Positions 38,201-50,200 of a stretch of 64,000 nt of DNA are shown here, one piece after another. The DNA lies in assembly GCF_963921235.1 (NCBI RefSeq), contig NC_086100.1, positions 203,610,001-203,674,000 on the forward strand, given 5' to 3'. A program made the translations under genes and the position numbers. Numbering within the stretch: the first letter of the stretch is position 1; each line of letters starts with the position of its first letter. Below the pieces are notes generated by a model that was given only the letters and a program-made list of their open reading frames with translations, was not told where the DNA came from and did no database searches. Origin of the DNA: Mobula hypostoma. Its lineage: Eukaryota.

Positions 38201-41200
38201 CACACTTCCGGGGTCAGAAACAGGGTGCAGCTCCCTCCTGACCACTCCATCACATACTCCCGGGATCAGACACAGAATGAATGTTCCTCCACACCGCGAT
38301 ATCGCACAGTCCTGGGCTCAGACAGAATGAACCTCCCTCCACTACTTCCTATCACACAATCACGGGTCATACACAGAGTGAATCTCCCTCCACATCGCCC
38401 ATCACATACTCTCGGGGTCAGGCACAGAGTGAATATCCATCACACCCTCCCATCACACTCTCCCAGGGTCAGACACAGAATAAAACTCCCTACACACTGT
38501 CCGATCACACACTGCCGGGATTAGACACAGAGTGAAACTGCCCCTACACCGTCCCATCAGCACTCCAAGGGTCAGACACAGAGAGAATCTCCCTCCTCAC
38601 CGTCCCATCACACACTCCCGGGGTCAGACACAATGTGATGTTCCCTCCACACCGTCCCATCACACACTCCCGGGGTCAGACACAATGTGATGTTCCCTCC
38701 ACACCGTTACGTCACAGGCACCAGAGGTCAGACAGAAAAGTGAAACTCTTTCCACACCGTCTTGTACAGTACACACTCCCGGGGCAGACACTGAGTCGAC
38801 TAGATGTGGCACCGAGCTGGCGGAAGAACTTCGCTTACCTCCCGCATAGCTGGACGTGGATGGTTCTGTCGAGGATTGTGATCCGCTTTGGCATATGAAG
38901 CGTCACCTCGAATTTCGGGAGCACTGCAGGGCACAGGGAGAAACTCGGTGATGTCTCGTGATCTCTCTCTCTCCCTCTCTCTCTGTCCCCCTCAATCTGC
39001 CCCAACCGAATCCAACAATGCTTCCCGCCCCCACCCCAGGATCATAGAACATCCTTATTCGACAGTTCCATTTATACACAATCACAAATCCACAGTGGAG
39101 TGGGAATGCAGCAGTTGCATCCCGGCCTTGTTCGCTAGGGTTGCTACAGCTGGTAGTGTTCAAAGCGACAAGCTCCCATTACCCATTAAATGCTCCCGAT
39201 GGCAGGCGTTTCAAAAGAAAGAGTCTCCGACAACCACGTCCAGACCCTAGTCTTCGCCTGCAGCTCAGCTGCGCTCTTGCATCCATTCTATTCGGGTTAT
39301 TATTGAGTATGCCCGCTGGAAAATGAATCTCAGGATTGCATCTGATGACAGTTATGTACTTTGATAATAAATTTGCTTTAAACTTCGAGAGTCAATGAAG
39401 AACGGACAAGCAACCAATGGGCAAATACAAAAATAAATGGAAATTAATAATAAATAAATAAACACTAGGTATAGAGAATATGCGATGAAGAGTCCTTGAA
39501 CGTGAGTCGATGGGTTGTGGGAACATTTCAGTGATAGGACAAGTGAATTTATACCTTTAAGTTCAGGAGCTTAATGGTTGAGGGGTAATAACTGCTCCTG
39601 AACCTGGTGGTGTTCTTGTTCCGGAGAATCATTGGATCACAAATGCATGACGATCCAATAGGGCGAAGAAGGAAGAATAATAAGTTGAAGAGAAAGGGGA
39701 AGGAGTGCAAGTTGACACGTGACAGGTGAGGAGGAAAGGTTGGTGGGGGAATATTGGGAAATGAAGTGAGAAGTTGCGGGAGGTGATAGGTGGAAAAGGT
39801 ACAGGGCTGAACAAGAAGGAATCTGACAGAATTGGACTGTGGAGCAAGGAAGCGAGGGTAGAAGGGACTCCAGAGGGAGATGATGGGCAGATGAGGAGAA
39901 AATATGAGAGGAAATGGAGAATGAGAGGAGGGATAGAGTGAGATTACCGGAATTTGGAGAAATCGATGTTCATGCCATCAGGTTGGAGTCTACCATGACG
40001 GAACATGAACTGTTGCTCCTCCAGTCTGAGAGAGGCCTCATCGCGGCAGAACCATGAACCGACTGAGCTGGAATAGCACTGGCAAATCGTGTCCCTTGCG
40101 CTATGAAACTTTAGTAAATTCTCCCTTGGGTTGTGTATGCATTGAGCGGGGACAATCCCAGTCACCATGCCAGGAATGGGTAATGTTTAGTTAGCTGCCC
40201 GAATTTCAAACTTCTTGAGCCGGCAGAATCCCAGAGGGCCCTGACCCTGTGTTCGCTCACCGTATTCCTCAACAGTGAATGAGTGTCTGTTCTTCCCTCT
40301 GGACTTGATCACCTCGATCTCATACTGTCCCAGCAGGGGCTCCGGGTTCAGGTTGTATGTCAGGTCCGCAATTCCCTGCTTGTGTTCCACGTTCCTCCAC
40401 TGGCCGATCCGATTCCGCTGAGGGTCCTGGGGGAAGGAATATTTCAACTCACCACGCACAGTCTCTCTCCAATCCCCTCTCCCTCTCTCTCTATTGCTCG
40501 CTCTAATGCCCCATCTCTGTTCACAAAACTGTTCACAACACTCAAGGTGAGGTCTCACCAGTGCCTTATAAAGCCTCAGCATCACATCCTTGCTCCTGTA
40601 TTCGAGTCTTCTTGAAATTAATGCTAACATTGCGTTTACCTTGCTCACCACTGACTCAACCTGCAAATTAATCTTCGGGGTGTTCTGCGCAAGGACTCCG
40701 AAGTCCTTCTGCATCTCAGATTCCTGGATTTTATCCCCGTTTAGAAAACAGTCCGCACATTTATTTTTTCGATCAAAGTGCATGACCGTGCATTTTCCAA
40801 CATTTTATTTCATTTGCCACTTTCTCGTCCATTCTCCTAATCTGTTTAAGTCCTTCTGTATCTTACCTGTTTCTTTAACACACACTGCCCCTCCACCAAT
40901 TTTCGTATTATCTGAAAACTTGGCAACAAAGCCATCAGTTGCATCATTTAAATCATTTATATACCACATAAAACTAAGTGGTCCCAACACCGACCCCTGC
41001 GGAAAACCACTCGTCACTGGCAGCCAACCAGAAAAGGATCCTTTTATTCCCAGTCTCTGCCCCCTACCAATCAGCCGATGCTCTAACCATGTCAGTAACT
41101 TTCCTGTAATACCATGGGCTCTTAACTTGGTAGTCAGCCTCATGTGTGGCACCTTGTCAAAGGCCTTCTGAAAGTCCAAATATACAACATCCACAGCATC

Positions 41201-44200
41201 CCCTTTATCCTACTTGAAATGTCTTCAAAGAATTCCAACAGGTTCGTTGGGCAGAAATTTCCCTGAAGGAAACCATGCTGACTTTGTACTATCTTGTCCT
41301 GTGTCACCAAGTGCTCCATCATCTCAGCCCTAACATTTTTCTCTAACATATTCCCATCCACAGAGGTCAGGCTAACTGGTCTATAAATTCCTTTCTGCTG
41401 CCTTCCTCCTTTCTTAGAGAGTGGGGTGACATTTGCAATTTTCCAGTCCTCCGGCACCATGCCAGAGTCCAATGATTTTTGGAAGATCATTTCTAGTGCC
41501 AAAACAATCTCTAATGCTGTCATAGTCTGGTCTGTGAAGTCCGCATTCCGGTTCACGGTCTGGTCCGTGGACTCAGGACTCCGGGTCTTCCAGCTGACCC
41601 TTGTTTGAGTTAATCATTGGCACCTGATTCCCATCTTTGGGCTTGCAATACAAGTAGCCTTGGGATCAAGTGTGGGATGCTGGATGGGGTTGGGTGGCTT
41701 GATGGGAAGCTGGCTATGTTTAGCTTGATGCGTGAATGTAGTTTGGAACCTGTTGAGGGAAAGAGAGTGGGGAAGGAACGGAAATTGCTGGAAGGGGGTT
41801 GTGTGGGTCCGGTAATGGTGGACAAGATAAGAGGTGGGGTTGAGGGAAAGAAAGTGGAGAAGGAGAGGGATAGAGACTTGGGACCAGAAGTAGGCAGCTG
41901 GGGAGAGGTGGATTATTGTGAAGGGAGAAATAAAGGGAATGAGGAGGTAGTGAGGGGTCAGATGAATAAAAACCAAGACAAAGGGAATAAAAGAATAAGA
42001 AATGATAGTGGAGAAAGCTCTGAAAGTGAGGAAGATGAACAAGCTCAGAGAGGAGGTGTTGTCATAATTAGGTTTAATGAGAAGGCTCAGGGACATATGA
42101 AGAAAATTAACCCGTTTGTGCTAACAACAACTCTGACAAATAAGATAGGGGAAATAGTATTTGCAAAAGTCCTTAATGATGGCAACTTATTGGTAAGATG
42201 TGCGAATGAGGAACAACTTGAGAAAGCACTCAAGCTAAAAGAGATAGGAAAATGCAAGGTACAATACACTGGGAGGGTGGGAGCACAAAATAATGGTTGT
42301 AAAGGAGTGATCATGGGGATACCAATGAGTATAAATATGGAGGAGATAAAGAGGAATATCAAAGGAGGGAAAGTAATGAATGTTCAAAGACTGAAAACAA
42401 CAAAGGAGGGAGTGAAAAAGGAAAGTGAATCAGTATTGATTGAATTTGAAGAAGAAAGTGTGCCAAGGAAGGTGTTCCTGGGTTTCATGAGTTACCCAGT
42501 AAGGGTATATGTGCCAAAGCCACTGAGGTGCTATAATTGTCAAAGGTTTGGACACGTGGCTAAAAACTGTAAAAGGCAGAGGAGATGTGCTAGATGTGGG
42601 GGTGATCATGAATATGGAAAGTGTGGAACAGGAGTTCAACCAAAATGCTGCAATTGTGGAGGAGCTCATAATGTTGCATATAGTGGGTGTGAGGTTGTGA
42701 GACGGGAGACTAAAATTCAAGAAATAAGAGTGAAAAGAAAGATCACTTATGCAGAAGCTGTAAGAATGTCAAGAGAACAGAATAATGCTCCTAATGAACA
42801 GGGAGCAATAGGGATATGAGAGATGCAACAAAGAACAAATGACAGGATTTATGAAGACAAAAAGGCTCTAGTAACATTCATTGCAAGAGTGATTAATAGT
42901 ACGGTTGAGGTAAAGTCAAAAAGTGACAAAATTCAGCTGGTGGTAAAAGCAGCAGTAAACCATTTAGGGTTAGTAGGACTGACATGGGAGGAAGTGAGGG
43001 AGAACCTCAGTAATCAGTCAAGCCAGGAAGTGTCATGTATTGGTTAATACTAATTATGGTGATTCTTTTACAATGGAATGCAAGGAGCTTACTGGCCAAT
43101 AGCCAGGAATTCAAGCACTTTATTAAAGAAATGGTTGTAAAACCGGATGTAGTGTGTATTCAGGAAACTTGGTTGATACCAACTTTAGACTTTGTGGTAT
43201 ATGGGTATACAATGATAAGGAAAGATAGAAATCTAGGGGGAGGAGGGGGTTGTGCTATGTTAATCAAGCAAGGTATACCATATAGGGTACTGGAAAAAGG
43301 AGATGATCAGGAATACATAGTGGTGGAGGTGCGGGAGAGAGGGCAGGGAGTGGTTATAATTAACTACTACAATCCATGTAAAAGGTTGGATTTGGACAGC
43401 CTATTAAAGATACAAGGACAAAAGAGATGTAAAGTAGTGTGGTGTGCAGATTTCAATGCTCATAGCACAATATGGGGGGATCAGATTACAGATCCAAATG
43501 GAAAGGTAATTGAAGATTTGATGGAAGAAAGGGATTTGGTGTGTATGAATGATGGTAGCGGCACAAGGATAGATATAACAACAGGAACTGAGTCAGTGTT
43601 AGATATTACGTTAGTGTCTAATATCTTGGCTGGCATTAGTAACTGGGGAGTTTGGACTGCTTCAACAGTAGGCAGTGATCACTACCCAGTTTTGTGTTCA
43701 GTGGGTGAAAGAGTTGAAGTAAGACCAGGTGGCGGAACCCCAAAGTGGGTGTTTGAAAAAGCTGATTGGGGTAAGTTCCAGAAGTTGAGTGAAGAAGGGT
43801 TGACAAAGATTGATATTTCTGGAAATGTAGATGAATTAAACAGTCAGGTGACTTCAGCAATTATCATGGCAGCAGAAGGATCTGTACCGAGGAGTAAAAA
43901 TAGGATGAATAGAAAACTGGTACCATGGTGGACAGAGGAATGTTGTCAGGCTGTAAAAAACAGAAATAGAGCATTCAGGCTAGTTAAAAGAACCCATAAT
44001 ATGCAGCATTTGGTTCAATATAAGAAAGCACAGGCAGTGGTGAGAAGAACTATACGTCAAGCTAAAAGGGCAAGTTTTTGCGACAAGGTAGGAAGAACAA
44101 CACCTGTGGGAGAGATATGGGGAATGATTAAGAGGATGGGAGGAGATAGAAGGGAATGGGAATATCCAGTAATGATATCTGAGGAGGAAACTGCAGTCTC

Positions 44201-47200
44201 CAGTAGGGATAAGGTTGAGGTCATGGCCAAGTCATTTGTACTGATACACAGTTCAGAAAACTTGTCTAAAGAAGGGAGAAGAAGAAGGGAAAGAATAATG
44301 AGCCAACACCCAGGTGTGTTAAGCAGGAGGGAAGGAACAGATGATATAATTGATGATCCATTTACATTAGCAGAAATGGTGAGAGCAATAAAGAGATCGA
44401 GACCAACCTCCCCAGGGAAAGATCTGATATGCTCTATGATGCTAAAAAAATCTAGGAGAAGGAGCGCTTTTGAAGTTGCCGCATTTTTATAACAGAGTGT
44501 GGGAGGAGGGAAGATTACCAAGTGCATGGAAAGAAGCAGTAGTAATTCCAATAAGGAAGCCTGGCAAGGATCTGTCAAAACCCACTAGCTGCAGACCAAT
44601 TGCAATAACATCAAGTATATGTAAGATAATGGAAAGGATGATAACAGAAAGGTTATCATATGAGCTTGAGAAAAGGGGAATGCTGGCAAGTTATCAGAGT
44701 GGTTTTAGAAAGGGAAGGAATTCCATGGACTCAGTGATTATGTTAGAGACTGAAATAAGGAAGGCCCAGGCAAATAGAGAGTCAGTAGTGGCAGTGTTCT
44801 TTGACATTGAAAAAGCCTATGATATGATGTGGAAGGAAGGATTATTAATTAAACTGCACAAGATGGGAGTTGGTGGGAGAGTTTTTAATTGGATTAAAGA
44901 TTTTTTGTCTGGTAGAAAAATTCAAGTTCGGATTGGATCAGAATTATCAAAACAGTACATAGTGGAAAATGGCACACCTCAAGGTAGTGTGATTAGCCCG
45001 TTACTTTTCACCATTATGATCAATGATGTCTTCACAAAGGTACCAGTGGATATAGGTAGGTCACTGTTTGCGGATGATGGGGCCTTGTGGAAAAGAGGCA
45101 GGAACATGGACCATATAATCAGGAAACTACAAGAAGCAATTGATGAAGTGTGGAGTGGGGTTATGATTGGGGATGTAGATTTTCAGTAGATAAAACTCAA
45201 ACTGTATTTTTTACCAGGAAAAGGGTTGAGGTAGGGAAGAAGTTAAGAATGTATGGGGTTGAATTAGAAAAGGTTGCATCATTTAAATTTCTGGGAGTTA
45301 TATTTGATTCACGATTAACATGGGCAGACCATATCAGGAAAGTTGAGGAGAAATGTAAAAAAGTAACCTGGGTGTCATTATACACCAGTCATTGAAAGTG
45401 GGCATGCAGGTACAGCAGGCGGTGAAAAAGGCGAATGGTATGCTGGCATTTATAGCGAGAGGATTCGAGTACAGGAGCAGGGAGGTACTACTGCAGTTGT
45501 ACAAGGCCTTGGTGAGACCACACCTGGAGTATTGTGTGCAGTTTTGGTCCCCTAATCTGAGGAAAGACATCTTTGCCATAGAGGGAGTACAAAGAAGGTT
45601 CACCAGATTGATTCCTGGAATGGCAGGTCTTTCATATGAAGAAAGACTGGATGAACTGGGCTTGTACTCATTGGAATTTAGAAGATTGAGGGGGGATCTG
45701 ATTGAAACGTATAAGATCCTAAAGGGATTGGACAGGCTAGATGCGGGAAGATTGTTCCCGATGTTGGGGAGGTCCAGAATGAGGGGTCACAGTTTGAGGA
45801 TAGAGGGGAAGCCTTTTAGGACCGAGATTAGGAAAAACTTCTTCACACAGAGAGTGGTGAATCTGTGGAATTCTCTGCCACAGCAAACTGTTGAGGCCAG
45901 TTCATTGGCTATGTTTAAGAGGGAGTTAGATATGGCCCTTGTGGCTACAGGGGTCAGGGGGTATGGAGGGAAGGCTGGGGCGGGTTTCTGAGTTGGATGA
46001 TCAGCCATGATCATAATAAATGGCGGTGCAGGCTCGAAGGGCCAAATGGCCTACTCCTGCACCTATTTTCTATGTTTCTATGTTTCTAAATGTGATGAGA
46101 TGTTTGACTGGTAGGGAATGGGGAGCAAGTTGTTCAGCTTTGAAGAGAATGTATGTGGCTTTAGTAAGATCTGTATTGGATTATGGAAATATAGTATATG
46201 GATCAGCAGCTAGGTCTCTTATAAGGAAACTGGATGTGATTCAGGCTCAGGCCTTGAGAGTGTGCAGTGGGGCTTTTAAAACGTCACCAGTGTCAGCCCT
46301 ACAGGTAGAAATGGGAATAATGCCTTTGGAACTAAGAAGGATGCAACTGATGGCAAACTACTGGGCTAGCTTGCAGGGGCACAATGATTCTCACCCTACT
46401 AAAGGAGTGTTGCAGGAGTGCTGGGAAAATGGGAGGTTTCAGAGGGATACCTTTAGTCGGGTAGGGAATGATATTGCGAAAGAATGTGGAGTATTTGATC
46501 TGAGGATAAGTCCTTCAGTAGTTTATCCGGTTGTAGCTCCATGGAAGCTTGTATGGCCTGACATAGACTGGCATTTGTTAGAGGTAAAAAGGAAAGAAAG
46601 ATATAAAACAGATTTGGTAAATGCATTTAACTGTCATGTGATGGAAAAGTATAGTGATTATACTCACATTTATACGGATGGTGCGAAGGAACCTGAAACA
46701 GGAGTGACAGGGTTTGGGGTGGTAATACCAGCAAAAGCAATTGGAATCAGCAGAAGAACATCTAATAAGTTAGGGGTGTTTACAGTGGAGATGCTGGCAG
46801 TGTTGGTTGCGTTGCAATGGGTGCAGAAAGCCAGACAAGCCAAAGCATTGATATGTTCAGATTCATCCTCAGTTCTAGCAAGTTTAAGGTCTTTTCACAC
46901 AATCAGTCGGCAAGATGTACTTTATGAAGTCCTTCAGTTAGTTACAAGAATTTCAAATCAGAGAGGTCAGGTAAAATTTCTATGGGTTCCAGCACATGTA
47001 GGGGTGAAGGGGAATGAGGGGGTGAAGGGGAATGAGAGGGTGGATGAGTTGGCAAAGAGGGCGTTAAAGAAAGAAAATGTGGAAATGCACATTAGTATCA
47101 GTAAAACAGAGGTTAAGTGTGTAATCTGGGAAAAAGTCAACCGAATGTGGCAAGAAAGATGGGACAGGGAGGGGAAAGGGAGGCATTTATATCAAATACA

Positions 47201-50200
47201 AAAGAGTGTTGCAGTTACTAGGGTAGGTAATGGAAACAGAAGAGAGGAAATTGTGTGGACTAGGTTAAGGCTGGGGCATTGTGCATTAAACAAAACATTG
47301 AAAATGATGGGGAAACACCAGACAGGATTGTGTGAGGAATGTCAGGAAGAGGAGTCAGTACTACATATAGTTTTGTGTTGCAGGAAGTATGGGATACAGA
47401 GAGAGATGATGAGAAATAAATTAAGGGAGTTGGGGATGCAGGAATTCACATTAAAAGGGTTGCTGGGCATGGGTGAGAGAGCACAAGTCCGGGTATTTTT
47501 AGCATTTTTAAAGGGTACAGGGGTTTTTTATAGGATATGAAGAATAAACAGGAATAGGATACTAGGATGGTCAAAGATGGGAGGGTGAAGTGTAGGTTTG
47601 TGTGTGTATGTATGTGTATATATATATATATATGTGTGTGTGCGCACGCGATTGGGTGAAGGGATTTAGAATGTATGTCTAGTGCACATTCTGGAGCAGA
47701 GGGTGGCGGTAATGCACCATTAAGCTGGATGCCAACCGCTGTAAAACAAGATACAGACAGACAGTGTGGGCTGCTGGTTTGTCATGTCAGTCCCCCTTGG
47801 AGTAACCTGCTGATGGAAGGTTAGTGAAACCATTTGTGATCTCTAGGCCTGGTTGGAGGCCCACTGCTTCATGGAGCCTTTTTGCCGCTCGTTGGAGTAG
47901 TCTTTATGGTAGGGTTCTGGCTGTTTCCGTAGCCAGCTGAAGTTGCTGGCTGAACTGAGACTTGGAGCTTCCCTGGAGCAGAAATGGAACCGTCTGTTGT
48001 TCTTTGGTGTTTGTCCTTGCCTCCGTGGGGTAAGTCAGGTTGTTCTGCCGTTGCCCTGTGGGGTGTCATATCTTGTCTTGTCTTTGCCTCCGTGGGGTAA
48101 GTCAGGCTGTTTTGCTGTTGCCCTGCGGGGGGACATGTCTTGTCTGTGCCTCTGTTGGGTAAGTCTGGCTGTCCTGCTGGTACCCAACAGGTGGACCTGT
48201 CCCACCTTGGTGTGGAGAAGTTGAGTCCCAGCTTGTCTTAGGATAAGTCCTGGCTCTATGTCTATGTTCTGGCCTGTCTCATGTTAGTGTCGTGTTAAAG
48301 ATGAGTCCCGGCTTGTCGAAGGACAAGTCCGGCTCTGTTTGGTTTCCAGTCTGTCTCTGAGCTCCAAGAACCCAAGCCTCGAGGGTCCCGCGGCCAAGCT
48401 CCAGGGACGTCCAAGCCTCGAGGGTCCCGCGGCCAAGCTCCAGGGACGTCCAAGCCTCGAGGGTCCCGTGGCCAAGCTCCAGGGATGCCCAAGCCTCGAG
48501 CCTCAAGAGCTAAGACCCCAGCCTGTCTCTAAACTCTGGCCTCTAGACCCCAGCCGCGTCCTGTCCTGAAGCCATGTCATGTCCTTGCCTGGTTCCGGTT
48601 CTAAGCCCGAGGCAAGACCCAGGTTCTGGGTCCTTGTCAGTCTCGGGCTCGGAGTCCAAGCCTTGTCTCCTAGTCCTAGTCCCGCTTTTCCTAGCCCAAG
48701 TCTGCGTTCTTGTCCCTGCTCCTTTCCTGAATCCTGTCACGTCCCTATCCTAGTCAAGTCCTGTTCCTTGTACTTCAGAGTCTCTCTCGCAATTGGGTCC
48801 ATTCCCAGCACCCCTTTTGTGACAAACGCTACCTCTTTCAGAACCCTAAGCTGCAGTTCATCTGGTTCGGGTGATTAATGTACCTTTAGGTCTTTTAGCT
48901 TTTTTTGCACCTTCTATCCTGTAACCGTAACTGCACCCACTTCTCTTCCTTCACACACTACAACATCAGGCATAGTGCTAGTGTCTTCCTCTGTGAAGAA
49001 TGATATAAAATGCCCATTTAGTTCATCATCAATATCCTTGTCACCCATTATTATTTCTCCCGACTCATTTCCTAGTGGTCCTATACCCACTCTCATTTCT
49101 TTTTTATTTTAACATACTTGGAAAAAAAAACCTTCCCTCGCTTTGATATTATCTGTTAACTTGCTGTCATATTTCATCTTTTCCATTCTAATGATTTTTA
49201 GTTGCTTCTGTTGGTTTTTAAAAACTTCCCAATTCTTTATCTTCCCACTACTTTTTGATTTGTTGTATAGCCTTTCTTTTGCTTTTGCAATAGCTTTGAC
49301 ATCCCTTGCCAGCCATGGTTGTACTATTTTAACATTTCAGTATTTCTATGTCTTTGTAATACACGTCCTGCAACTTCCTCATTTTTCCCAGAAACACATG
49401 CCATTGCTCCTCTGCTGACATCCTGCCAGCAGCTCCTTCCAATTTACTTTGGCCAATCCTCTCTGATTCTATTGTAATTTCCCTTACTCCACTGAAATAC
49501 TGCTACTTCAGACTTTACTTTTTCCCTATCAAATTTCAAGTTGAACTCAATCATATTGTGATCACTTGTTCCTCAGGGTTATTTTGCCTTAGCTCCCTAA
49601 TCACCACCAGTTCATTAAATAACACCCAATCCAGTTTTGCTGATTCCCTAGTGCAATGAACAACAAACTGCTCTAAAAAGCCATCTTTTAGGCATTCAAC
49701 AAACTTGCTCTTTGAGATCCATTACCAACCTAATTTTCCCAATTGACCTTCATGTTAAAATCTTCCATAACTACCATAACATTGCCCTTTTGACTCGCCT
49801 TTTCTATATCGTATTGCAGACTGTGGAAAGGGGAAGCCTTTTAGGACCGAGATTAGGAAAAACTTCTTCACTCAGAGAGTGGTGAATCTGTGGAATTCTC
49901 TGCCACAGGAAACAGTTGAGGCCAGTCCATTGGCTATATTTAAGAGGGAGTTAGATATGGCCCTTGTGGCTACGGGGGTCAGGGGGTATGGAGGGAAGGC
50001 TGGTGCAGGGTTCTGAGTTGGATGATCAGCCATGATCATACTGAATGGCGGTGCAGGTTCGAAGGGCCGAATGGCCTACTCCTGCACCTATTTTCTATGT
50101 TTCTACCTCCCATTCATTGTTAGGAGGCCTGTATATATCTACCCTCAACGTCCTTTTACCCGTACAGTGTCTTAATTCAACCCACAAGGACTCAACGTCT

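Larger units (their letters stand above)
41684..47762 (+). mobile_element. I-group (Nimb-like) LINE, near full length, slightly 5'-truncated
   Basis: ORF1 with three CCHC knuckles; ORF2 APE-RT-RNase H-CCHC; (ACAG)n tail; flanking agtgtgggatgctgg (41669-41683) and agtgtgggctgctgg (47763-47777). Confidence 0.9.
41518..48824. mobile_element. Solo LTR of an LTR retrotransposon (about 1.2 kb once the inner LINE is removed)
   Basis: Termini TGTCA (41518) and TGACA (48824); 5-bp target duplication AATGC (41513-41517) and AACGC (48825-48829); no coding remnants. Confidence 0.8.

Noticed and set aside
27420..38792. Regularly spaced 52-60 nt repeats as a CRISPR-like array
   Set aside because: No unique spacers, degenerate units, eukaryotic intron, no cas genes.
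41617..41683. Start of the 400-aa ORF1 as given in the ORF track
   Set aside because: These codons lie in the solo LTR and target duplication; the ORF is a chance fusion to a 5'-truncated LINE.
46020..46088. N-terminus of the 506-aa ORF ([22 protein letters not shown])
   Set aside because: Derived from the CR1 3' UTR; the remainder is the LINE RNase H region, not a host gene.
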